Source: Tubulanus polymorphus (Eukaryota > Animalia > Nemertea). From it: a stretch of DNA of 64,000 nucleotides. Under the pieces are notes generated by a model. The model searched no databases. It was given only the letters and a program-made list of their open reading frames with translations, and was not told the DNA's origin. The translations under genes and the position numbers were made by a program. Of this stretch, positions 52,901-64,000 are shown piece after piece (the stretch's first letter is position 1; each line of letters begins with the position of its first letter). The DNA is taken from positions 2,131,950 to 2,195,949 of the forward strand of contig NC_134026.1 in NCBI RefSeq assembly GCF_964204645.1, given 5' to 3'.

Positions 52901-53163
52901 ACGGTATCGATCAAACTGTTCAATTTATCGACTCAAATAATCACGGAATGATCATTACTGCTAACGATACAAACATAGTTTCTATCGTAACAAAAGAAAT
53001 GGCTCCTACGCCTTACCCAGCTCCTCTATTCCCGATGAGTAAACCTTTAGCTGTAGCGTTCAATATTCTAAACAATGTTTGGGAGACGAATTTCATATTT
53101 TGGTACCCGTTTCTACCAGAAGATCGACATTTTAAAACGAGGTTTTCTGTCGTGTTGAATTAA
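49941..53163 (+). CDS. Secreted DUF5054-like / GH38-related putative glycoside hydrolase, 3 exons, ~846 aa
   Basis: Exons 49941-50603, 50872-51073, 51488-53163 in frame; hydrophobic N-terminus. Motifs HLVYMNHLDVGY, LPVVTSEIGDTWIQG, EHTYG, TRLPEA and FNILNNVWETNF match my recollection of DUF5054 proteins. In-frame ATGs also occur at 49908 and 49929. Confidence 0.8.
51185..51362. mobile_element. Tc1/mariner-pogo-type MITE in intron 2
   Basis: TA|CAGTGGAAC...GTTCCACTG|TA termini with TA duplication; related fragment from ~62859. Confidence 0.8.
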
Positions 53164-54089
53164 GCATTAAGCGTGCGTGATCTGATAGGCAATCTCCTGC
53201 TACTTTTTTAATATCCTTTTGCATCTTTCTTACTGTACAGATTTAGAAAATAAAACAATATTTAAAATGAAACTTTCCTGTATTCTAATCATTAATCCGT
53301 CTAACGGTCGGACACAATGAAGAGACCTAGCACATAAACAGAGAGATCGAATAGTTTACTTAAATATCATAATAGAGGGATTTTATTAAAAGAACAATCG
53401 ATTATATAATACAGACTAGTGTATATATATAACTATAGCGTCCCAACAATAACTATGAATGCAAGCACTGCATGGTTGAACGATGCATAATTCTAACTAC
53501 CGAAAACTTAAAGCATTGTTGTGTACTTTTTATCGAAATTTGAAATGCTACAAAAAATCATCTGACCAGAATACAAAAACATGTAGAAATCAATGGGATC
53601 AAGGACTTCTTTAGTTAGGGATAGAAATTTCTTTCCATTATTGACGGTTAGTTTCTCGCACCTCCCTGAATCGAATGAGTATCTCATCACAGAAACTTCA
53701 GGATCACTACAACTTCTCTTGAAATTCACTTTTAATTGAATAAATTATTATAAATTTTGATTTGCTGTTATATTTTGTTACAGTATGAGAAACATTTTTA
53801 GAACTATACATTATAGTACATAGTCGAAATTATTTTCAAACACAATTATGTTACCGATAAAGGAATGTAAGTCTATAGGCTGAGAGCTTAGACAAGCACA
53901 GTTCATGCCTACTGGATACTCTGATCCAACTACAAACGGGCATGCAATGGGCAAATACTGCAATGAAAAAACTCAGGACCTTTTCTTAACAAATACGTAG
54001 TGACGAATTTTAACTGAAACATAGTCATTGATTCTATTGTATCTTTACTTTTCAGATGGAGTTTTTTCATAGGACTAAATGAAGGTTTT

Positions 54090-56562
54090 CTATAATTTTC
54101 CCAATTTCTCCATAAACTGAAAAATAAGAAAGAAAATCGTAATTTTCCAAATACACATTCTACAAAGTCAGTGAAAAACATTTGCAAAAATAAAAACATC
54201 GAAAAGACTTACGTTTCTCATTGTGGTTCCCATTTGAGCAGGTGACATGGTTACTTCAACATTAGCTTTGCGTAATGCTTCAATTTTCTCTTCAGCACCG
54301 CCCTTACCGCCGGAAATAATCGCACCGGCGTGACCCATTCGTCGACCAGGAGGGGCTGTTAGACCTGCGATGAAAGCTACCACCGGTTTCGCATCTGGAC
54401 CCTGAAATTATCAAGGAGAGATTATCATCACCTTTACTATGGGATACATCGAATAATAGGCCCCAGTTATCAGTATTTGACGCGGTATTAAATTCGTTCA
54501 ATTAGCTTGAAACAAATCTTAGCACACAACTGTGAAACTGAAGTTCACAGTTGATTGGTTAGAGAACATTTTTATTTTGTCAGATATTGCCAGTACACAA
54601 GTTTTAGAGAAAATCCATTCACAATTAATAATCTTCGCAACAGCTTCAAATCTGAAAATTTAAATCAGTGAGTTTGTAGCGATAACTTACTGAGTTGTGT
54701 TCAATCAGATATTCAGCAGCTCTTTCTTCAGCTCCACCTCCGATTTCACCAATCAATACAATACCTATTACAAATTGATTCAAAAAAGCAGAATTTAGAA
54801 ACCGATCTACCTCACTGCCGAGACTGGTTTAATAAAACCCGGAGAGTATCAATCAACCGACAAACCTTCAGTTTTCGGATCGTTTAAGAATACTTCGAGG
54901 CAATCGATGAAATTGGTTCCGTTGAAAGGATCACCACCGATACCAACGCATAAAGTTTGTCCAAGTCCGGCTGCGGTAGTCTGATGTACGGCTTCATAGG
55001 TGAGAGTTCCAGATCGGGATACAATACCTAGTCATCGATAAATATATAATTAAATAAATGTACCAAAAGGAATAAACAGTTCATATGAAAAACTACAGCG
55101 GTAATCATCCAGTGCTAAAGGCAGGCCAGGCTTCCTAAAGGACCCCCAAATTTAAAATTTGAGGACAATCACTGATCACTTCAAGTATTTGTTTCAAAAC
55201 TTCTGGAATTTATTGATGGGGTGAAGTGTGGAAATTAAAATGGTCACTCGATAGACTCGGCAATGCGAGCACAGCATCTAATTGTGCCAATTGTGTAGGA
55301 CAGACAGCTATCGGGTAGCTTGCAGGATGTAGGTTGAGTACTCACCAATTCGTCCTTTTCTATGAATGTGACCAGGCATAATTCCTATTTTACATTCACC
55401 GGGCTGAAAAATAATGAAATGATTGTAATGGAACAATTGTTAAAACATGAATTTAGAACATTGTACATGTATTGTAAAATGAAAACTCATACCATAATGA
55501 TTCCGGGACAGTTAGGTCCGATCAATCGACTTTTATCCTGTCGTTTTAATTGGTGTTTAACTTTAACCATATCTTGTTGAGGAATACCTTCCGTAATACA
55601 CACAATTAAAGGCATTTCTGCATCGAGGGCTTCAGTGATGGCTTTACCGGCGAAAACTGGCGGCACATATATCACAGTGGCAGTGGCTCCAGTTGCATCT
55701 TTAGCTTCTTTGACGGTATTAAATACAGGTAAATTCAAGTGAGTTTTTCCTCCTTTTCCCGGCGACACGCCACCTACTATGTTAGTTCCATATTCGATGG
55801 CTTGTTGACAATGGAAGGTTCCCTAGCAAAACAAGAAATCCAACTCTTAATTAAAACAAGATTCATATAATGACTAACTCAGCGATTATCATAATCTATA
55901 TCATAATACCTGTTTGCCAGTAAAACCCTGGCAGATAACCTTAGTATTTAAGTCAATTTTAAGGTTACCCCGTGTAGCAGTGTAACAACAGTGGCGAACA
56001 CCGATAAACCTTTGAACTGAAAGAAAAAATGAAACTTTGTACAATGAACATGGTTTTATCGTTAAATGTTATCGTTTTATGTCTCATCATGAATCTTTCT
56101 TGCAGAATTCAGAACAACTTCCATTTAGGGTTCCCTTATAGTCAAGTCCCCAATCTGAACATAATCCAGCCTAACTATAGTACATTAACAATGTCAATAG
56201 ACAATTGGCAGCATAACCTTGCAGTCTGTGGATTCCTTGTCTACTCCAATACCCGCACAGAGGATGCTGCACAATACTATTAATCTATCAGTCACTCGAA
56301 ACATAGATAAACCGAAAAAAAACACTCCGGCGCCGGCCCCGCACTACTAACAAAAAACTGTTTATTTTGATAATTAGTACGACCAATAAAAAGTGACAGC
56401 ATCCCGAATACTTTCTGTAGACGTTCTAAATACCTATGAAGACCTCTAAATACCTATATACAGATAGAAATATTTCATCTCATTTAATTAACACATTATC
56501 GACTGATAAATTACGACATACATACCTGCTAAACGTCCGAAAACACGAGCGGCGGCTGCCAT
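54090..56562 (-). CDS. SUCLG1: Succinate--CoA ligase subunit alpha, mitochondrial, 8 exons, ~327 aa
   Basis: Exons 56562-56526, 56016-55910, 55822-55493, 55403-55346, 55027-54866, 54764-54691, 54401-54213, 54116-54090. Motifs [32 protein letters not shown] and phospho-His MGHAGA. Confidence 0.97.
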
Positions 56563-57053
56563 TTTTGACAAAAGTTGAGTTTCTTCAGGGTGAGGGAAGG
56601 ACGAGCTCCACAGTTTCCCTTCTTGTTGACCTTGAGATAATTACGCGGACCATAATCAAACAAACTAAATTTTCGAAAATCTTCCTGCTAACAGTGATTG
56701 GTTTATAAATGAATCATTGATTGATAGATTCATGTGATAATTAATTTCTAAATATTTTCATCGGTTATAAATAAACTTTTGCTCAGAGATTTCAAAAGGG
56801 TGGAGTCACTCGTAAGGGCATCCATAAAACCTGGATCTAGCTATTCGCTTCCCTATGTCTGCTGCTCAGTGACATTTCCTCTTTGCAGTTATTTTCCTCC
56901 AGTTTTTCAACTCTCCCTTATCTAAAAGAATATATAAAAGAATCGTATATTAACTTTTATCATCTAATTTGTCTCAGGGGGCAAGTTACACTTCCAAATG
57001 ATAGTCCACTCTGATATCCTCGTATTTATCACACCCGCAGTAACCCGGATGTT
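56563..57053. promoter_or_regulatory. Probable divergent promoter region of SUCLG1 and GOLGA7
   Basis: Head-to-head genes; candidate GOLGA7 5'UTR donor GTAAGT at 57054 preceded by ETS-like CCGGATGT. Confidence 0.45.
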
Positions 57054-57598
57054 GTAAGTACTTATCAACATTTTCGCTGAGTTTTTTTGACAGATTTTAT
57101 CCCTGCAAAATGTCAAATAATCGGGTAAAATGAACGACTTGTATATTCTCCGTATTCGTGAATTAAAAGTCTAAAAACAAAGCTCTTAATTGTAAAGTGA
57201 CGTTCTGCCAAAGATCAGTTCTCTCTGATCCAGCCCAGGTCTCTTCTTTCTCTGAGACATTTCACATTTCTTCGAATTGATTGATTGGAATTGAATTGAA
57301 TTGGGTATCTAAAATTATTTAGTATTTAGAGGTTCTTATACAGAAAATTGGGTTCATTGTTAACAAAACAGAACATGTAATTGTAATCATTGCAATTCAA
57401 TTGAGCCCTTTCTCTTGCGATAGGATAGTATTTGTCTTGCGCGGGCCGGCGTAGCCTACTGAATGAAAATTGGGTAACACCTAAGCTTTGATTCAGCCTC
57501 TACTAGGCTTATTTTGGTTGAGTCATAACAGTAGAATTCACTACAATGCTTAAACTCATGCGTTATTAGATTTTCTGTTTGTTTTGTAGAATATCAGA

Positions 57599-58903
57599 AT
57601 GGATGATTTGAGTCGTTTACACAACTGTACTAAAGTATTCATTCAGAGAGATTTCTCTGAGGGTACGCAAGTGAGGTTTCAAAACAAATTACCCCCTGAA
57701 CTGGAAGGAAAGGTAACTGATAATTCTTACTCCAAATTAAGATACCTCTAGTTCGCTTATATCACCTTCGTAGGATGATTACTTTCTGTGAACAAAAACC
57801 CTTCGAGCAAAACTTGATAGATGAAGTGAATTGAAGTTCGATAACGATATGCTTTTAACCTAGAAATATATATTTCTATATTGACTTGAATGGTTTTTTG
57901 GATTGATCGGATTTGACTTCAGCGATCAAGTATAACGGGTTTTACCACTTACTGTTTCGCGACCTAAATTGAATACAGTGTTTCTATTAATTGCAGATTG
58001 AAAGAGCAGCTTTTGAATATACGATGAGTCAGTTAAATGCAATGTTTGAAGATGCTGAGAAATTAAGCAGTCGAACGTATTGTGAAAGTTGTTTGGCTTG
58101 TATGACGGCTTATTTGTCTTATCTTTGTATGGATACATATTATGAAAAGGTGGAAAAAAAGATTTATTTGAGAAAAATACAAAACTGTCGAAATTCACTG
58201 AACTAATGTCAGCGATTTTATTTTTGCAGTGTTTGAAGAAAATATCACGATTCACGCAAGAACAAAATAATACTGTATATGTGCCAAGAGGTTTGATGGT
58301 GATTGACCCAGTTGAACGGGGGTTGAGAGTTGTATCCTTTTCCTACTCATATTTTAGTTATCGATATTAATAACCATCGTCCGTTATAGCATCGTCCTTT
58401 TATTTGATACCAGTGCAACATTTTTGTGTAAAAAACTAATGTTAACTTGAATTGATGAAAATATCATACCATTTCCAGGGTCCGATCTAAGGAATGAAGG
58501 CCACTTGCCAGGGGGGGCAAGCATATCTGAAATTTTGCTTGCCCCCTCCAAAAGCTACTTGCCCCACACAGGCAGTCCGATTGGTGGCATTCACATCCGT
58601 TGTATAGAGTAGGAAAAAGCTTTGGGACATAAAATTGCACTAAACCCGGGGGACAAGTGATAATGATAACCTACTTGCCCTGATGAAAATATACTTGTCC
58701 CGGGCAATCGGACAAGTGCTTAGATCGGACTCTGATTTCTTACTGAGCTAAATTCATTATGCCATGTTGAAATATTGGATAAATATAACAGACTGTAATA
58801 ACACCGGTAAATAGATAATGATAATCGAGATAATTTCTTCGAATTTGTCCTTAACAGATTGTTGTAGGTGGAGATTTGTATTTTAAATGAACCGAACCGG
58901 TGA
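57599..58903 (+). CDS. GOLGA7: Golgin subfamily A member 7 (GCP16/Erf4-like), 4 coding exons, ~134 aa
   Basis: Exons 57599-57712, 57997-58149, 58230-58331, 58868-58903; [37 protein letters not shown]. Confidence 0.95.
58332..58867 (+). other. U12-type (minor spliceosome) GT-AG intron
   Basis: 5' site GTATCCTTT; branch site TCCTTAAC at 58848-58855, ending 12 nt before the intron end; no polypyrimidine tract. Confidence 0.93.
58476..58734. mobile_element. Non-autonomous DNA transposon (MITE) inside the U12 intron
   Basis: TIRs CAGGGTCCGATCTAAG / CTTAGATCGGACTCTG (15 of 16 match); ATTTC on both flanks; subterminal ACTTG(C/T)CC repeats. Confidence 0.85.
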
Positions 58904-59815
58904 TATCAGCCCATCCTCGATCAAAACGGAAATCAATTAAACGACGGATTGTGTTACGTAAACAATGCGGTTTCTCATTCGATTATCGGTACATTTCTAT
59001 AATCAACGGATTGATACGCGGCAGCGGCGCGGAGGAACAGCACTAATCTATTCCTAGATTCCACTCGTTTGAAGATTTAGAAAAGTCTGGATTTATTATA
59101 GTTTTCCATGTGTTGAGTCAATTTGTGAGACAATTTGTTATTTTGCGCAATCCGGAAAAGAATAAGTAATTTTTTTTATGACATTGTAAATGAGAAATGA
59201 CTATTTGATTATAAATCATATCTACATATTGAATATTTGTTGCTTCGCTCTAGATAAATATTTGTATAGCTTATCATACTTACATGTACAAGTGCAATGA
59301 TAGTTTGAGTGGCTGAAATGTGCTGTAGTCTGTTGCTGAAAATAGTAGCCAAGTTATGGTAAACTTGCCATTTTCAGCTACTGATCGCAGTCATGTGAAA
59401 TATATTCACCGGAAATATATTTTAAAAACGTTGCTGATGATAATTAAGTTAATGTATTTTAACGTTATGTACTGTAAATAAAGATTCTATATATTCCTTC
59501 GATAAACTGCGTATATTCGTTTCAATCATGATTTTCCTTGTTTATCCGTAGGCTTAAGCAAATTTCAATTCTAGTTGGAGATCGATTCTGGAATACTCTT
59601 CTGACAAATTCGTTTCAACCACGTATCCCTATTAAATAATTAGTGGCAGAATGTGTAAATCCGGATAGTAGAGAGTTGATTATCTCGACCAGACTGTGTC
59701 TATTGAACCATACTAACCTGAGTCCATTCTAACCCGAACGAACCTGAGCCTGATTTTTCAGGGGGATAGTTAGAATGAATCTTATTCATTTCGGCAATCC
59801 CTGAATATCAGCACA

Positions 59816-59887
59816 CTGCACCAGGTTTCCCAGAAAAAAGTTTAAATCTTAGATCGATATTATCTTTTTTTGTAAAACCGGACCCAG
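59816..59887. mobile_element. Short inverted-repeat element
   Basis: ccaggtttc.cagaaaaaa ... tttttttgtaaaaccggacccag; similar termini to 12481 and 63781. Confidence 0.4.
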
Positions 59888-60039
59888 GTACCGGCATCCC
59901 GCCCGTCAGGTTTGATGATGTATCGGTTTCTGTTGATACTTAGCAAGGTGTTGGCCAACGCGGAAGTAAATCGATTTCCGCAAATATTCTTTCAAAAAAC
60001 CTTTCAAAGAGTCGTAGTTTTCCCTAAACCTTAGCGAAA

Positions 60040-61464
60040 ATGTCATCGCCGAATAATACTTCTGATGTAAAACGCCCAAACAAAGTTCATAGGTAAATAT
60101 TTAACCCGGTTTTACTGTTTTTCTGTCCAAAACAAAATTCAACACAAATTCAAATTAAAAAGCGGTTTATTGTGTTATGCCGGTGTGGCATAATTGTGTT
60201 CGTAGTCGTGGAATCGAACCTCATACATTTAACAGGTGACTCAGGAACCATCATTACAGTATGGTTCCTAGGTCACCTGCACCCAGGAAATGCAAAAGCC
60301 GAAAAGGGCGTTTATATATAACCGCCAATCAGACGGATGGGCTTGCGTTATACCAGCATATTCAATCATGAAACTAGACTACAAACAGGTTACTGGCTAG
60401 CAGTAATACCTGGCCTGTAAGATTACTTACTTGTGTTTCTAGTCTTGAGTGCCAAGCTTCAGCAGCTCTGGCTCTTGCTCTGGTATCACGTCTCCCAAGG
60501 GTCAGAGTCTGCTTATGGAAATGTCAATTAGGCCTATCATTATTTAATAATGCTCATTTCTTATTTCGATAATGCTTTACTTTTGATATAATTATAGGTA
60601 TAAACCGCCACCAGCTAATGGACCTTTAGAAGATCCTACACCCGATTACATGAATCTTCTAGGGATGGTTTTCAGTATGTGCGGGCTCATGTTGAAGGTA
60701 CGGTTATAAATATACCCCTTTTTACAAGTTCCTCAAATTTTTAACTGCAAATTTCAATAAGTTGAGAAATTTTGATATTCTAATTTTACATACTTGCAGA
60801 TGAAATGGTGCGCCTGGGCAGCAGTTTATTGTTCATTCATTAGTTTTGCTAGTTCTCGTTCGTCGGAGGACACTAAACAAATGCTCAGTAGTTTCATGTA
60901 AGTTCATATTTTTTTACGAACACGACTCTAAGCATCGTGTATACCGCACCCAAGATAACAGAGTCTGAGGTTTTAACCCTCCAAGTGCTGGAGATAATTT
61001 GAAAATTTAAAAGAATTCCACCTCGATGCATTGTATAATGGGCATGCCATTAACTCTTTCAGTGCATCTACACCGCAGTGAGGTGTATGAATCGGTTATG
61101 GATTTTGCTAGTACACCGCAGTACGGTGTATTGGTGTAATTAGTATTTATTTTTTATCTCCATTGAAAGATGGTAGCATCTGTCAGACATAGTGAAATAT
61201 TAGTACCTAACGATACACTGCACCGCTTTGTAGACGCACTATAGTGGTATTCCCGTTATTCAACACACTAGGGTGGTTTTTTTTAAATTATCTCCAGCAC
61301 TGTAGGGTATTGATTAGTCAGCACTGAAAGGGTGAAATTACATTTGTAACTCAGTATGTGTTAAAGATGTCACTTATGATGCATTCGTTTATTTCAGGTT
61401 ATCGATATCGGCTGTTGTGATGTCATACCTTCAGAATCCACAGCCAATGACCCCACCGTGGTAG
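60040..61464 (+). CDS. WDR83OS: PAT complex subunit Asterix, 4 exons, ~105 aa
   Basis: Exons 60040-60092, 60598-60697, 60800-60897, 61398-61464; [28 protein letters not shown]...[31 protein letters not shown]. Confidence 0.96.
60973..61336. mobile_element. piggyBac-like MITE(s) in Asterix intron 3
   Basis: TTAA-CCCTCCAAGTGCTGGAGATAATTT pairs with AAATTATCTCCAGCACTGTAGGG (61285-61307); a second pair is CTCTTTCAGTGC (61054) / GCACTGAAAGGG (61321). Confidence 0.65.
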
Positions 61465-62858
61465 CACTCATTTCTGTACATTTTAATACTTATTCATTAC
61501 TTCATTTCTGTGTCAATAAATTATTTGTCAGTTTCACACACTAAGCTTCTCTCACCTTATTTATTTATGACCGGAGTACATATTTCCTCCCACCAACCTC
61601 TCCCCAATTGAAAAATAGCTTTTACATGTACATGTACCAGTAATCATTTTGGTGGAGATCCATGATTGATGTAGAACTTACTTTTCCATTAATCAACCTC
61701 ATTAGCGTCAGACCGATGAAATATAATCCTCATTTCTCAAAAGCCAACCAACCTGAAACTGATTGAAACCAGAACACTGAGCAATCTTAATTTTCAGTTT
61801 CATTTATTTCCGATTATATATAATGCTAAAGATAAAGCAAAACATGTAAATTATCATCATTGTTAAATTATCGTTAATTATTGAAAAAGGAATATTCAAC
61901 AAGTGAAACGTACTTTACATACGTGAAAAAATATCAACAAAACAATATCACCGAGTACTGAACGCAGTACAGTGGGTTAAAAATTGAATTGAGTAGAAAA
62001 TTAAAAAGAAATACAGGCCATTTATAAAGAAAATGAGTGACTAATTTTAATACATTCTTTCAAAATGCTTTGTAAATTATGACCAGATCCGTTCCAAGAT
62101 CTGTAATTGCCATCGTTCCTTCGCTGCAACCACAGATTCAGTTACGGGAAATTTCATGCATACATTCCAATACGTACATACTGACTACATGTATTTTGAT
62201 TTTGTTCAAAAAGATATTTCGAAACAACAATATAGGCCCTCAAACTCAGTCGTCACAACGACAGATTGCACATCCTTAAAAAAAGTAGAAATGCACTGTA
62301 TAGTAAAGAAGCTAGAAAGCGATGTAACATACATTGAGAAAAACTACTGAAAATATCGACTGAATGACCTACAATGTTGATCGCGGTGGAAATCTGTCAC
62401 ATCTGTACAATTGTTATTCCTATATAAATTATGTTTTAAATATGTTTGCATTGAATCTATTTTTTTCATTAGAATTATTGATCCTATGAGATTCACAAAC
62501 ACACCAGCAAATAGTCAGCCAGTTACGAATTATCGAATGTTTTGTGGGGATATGTAATTCAGAAATATTTGTTAGAATTAAATTAGCTTATTCTAATTCG
62601 TAATTACATGAATACATAAATCAGAGAAGTTCGCCTGATGATGGCTAATAGTATTTAGCCAAAAAATATCTTTTTTATCTCAGAACTGTTCATGTTTGGC
62701 TGAATTTAAGGTGGGATTTCTCTCGTTATTCATCTTACACGGATATTGTGTATTTTCTCGTTTCGTGAAAATAAGCAATATCTACGCAACCAAAATCCAG
62801 TTCCACAGTTACAAATTTAATTTAATTCGACTCCTATCAATTAGTTGATTTCCAATTA

Positions 62859-62940
62859 CAGTAGAACTTCGTTACAACAAACTTCATGGGACCAGAAAAT
62901 ATGTTTGTTATAACCGATAGTTCGTTTTTATCCAGTATGA
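62859..62940. mobile_element. Truncated copy of the TA-MITE family seen at 51185
   Basis: TA|CAGTAGAACTTCGTTACAACAAACTTCATGGGACCAGAAAA matches the reverse complement of the end of 51185-51362. Confidence 0.6.
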
Positions 62941-63780
62941 AAACAAATTTTTCAAATGAATTTTGTTGAGGCTTTATCGTTCATTTGACTCTACAAAAGT
63001 CAAGTCAAATCTTTACCCATAACTGTGGAAGAGAAGCTCCAAGGACAAGACTCAAACAACTCAAACAACTCAGGCAACTAGTTATCATTTTCGGGCAGAA
63101 AAAGATTTAGAGCCTAGCAAGTATCTGAATAGAGATCATTGACAGTGTTACGTAAGTTTAAAAATGCCATTATAACAACAGACAACAGAAAAAAAATATA
63201 TTAACATATCATTTGATTCTCGAAGAAACGAAAATATGTACCTTATCAAAAAACAATGTAAATGGGCCTCGAGTCTTACCCAGCAGAGGAATGACCACGA
63301 TACCTGAGAACAAGTGACGATTAGTATGAATGAGCTCAGTAGTGTCAGTTACGATCATTTTTTTTCTTTAGCAATCATGATACGATAGTTAAGAGATACT
63401 CTTTTCATTCAAATACAGAAGCAGTTTGAAAGCGAGATAGTTTTTTATACATCTAGGTGCTGCTTTATCAAGCATTTAGGGAAAAGCAAAAATTGATTAG
63501 CCAATTGAAATTTTGAGTATTATTCAGAGTGAATTTGATTTATTGAATACATTTTCTAAGTCTTGGAAACGTGGAAGTAATGTAAGGAAAGGCATGTTGT
63601 TATTGCAGCAAATCCATTATTATCTATGGTAGCATAATTACTAATCGTATAACTCAATCACCGGAACAGTAGAGACCATAATCAAAAAGTGGGCAGATTT
63701 GAGGAAAGTTCAACAGCTGAATAGAATTCACGTTATTCTCAAATCATACATTAAATGCAAATTTTAGAGTTCTATAATAT

Positions 63781-63921
63781 CTGGGGCTGGTTCCATAGTC
63801 AAAACTTAATACCAAAAGTGGTCTTAAATCTTAAGACTGGTCTTAAGTTAGATTGGCTATAGACCTAAGTTGGTCTTAGAACGGTCTTAAGTCTAAGCTC
63901 TGACCATGGAACCGGTCCCTG
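63781..63921. mobile_element. Palindromic MITE
   Basis: GGTTCCATAGTC...GACCATGGAACC termini; internal GGTCTTAA repeats. Confidence 0.65.
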
Positions 63922-64000
63922 GTGCCAGATTCTCGGTAAAGTTAAACTATTGGTTTCGTGGCTGTTGGTTTTTTCATGATTTCACATGTACAAGAAGTCA

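Noticed and set aside
53930-54013. Alternative SUCLG1 last exon (LKFVTTY...)
   Set aside because: Exon 54116-54090 (FMEKLGKL*) has a stronger acceptor and fits the expected C-terminal length.

Overview
Eukaryotic, AT-rich, intron-dense animal DNA. The domain content (astacin, ApeC, ShK, kringle) suggests a marine invertebrate, probably a lophotrochozoan; the taxon cannot be fixed from sequence alone. All gene models were assembled by eye from GT-AG boundaries and reading frame. The first 24 kb is mostly non-coding, with one GPI-anchored Ly6/three-finger gene and dispersed repeats. The centre holds two large secreted astacin metalloprotease genes arranged tail to tail. The plus-strand gene (24954-35750) is a mosaic of astacin, EGF, ApeC, CUB, kringle, ShK, CCP and C-type lectin domains. 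It includes a kringle inserted inside a lectin domain and three copies of a ~160-aa domain I do not recognise. The minus-strand gene (36094-48090) has astacin and EGF domains followed by 27 ShK domains, one per exon, plus a Gly-X-Y repeat. These are followed by a small orphan ORF, a secreted DUF5054/GH38-like gene, SUCLG1, GOLGA7 (with a U12 intron containing a MITE) and Asterix/WDR83OS, along with several MITE families.
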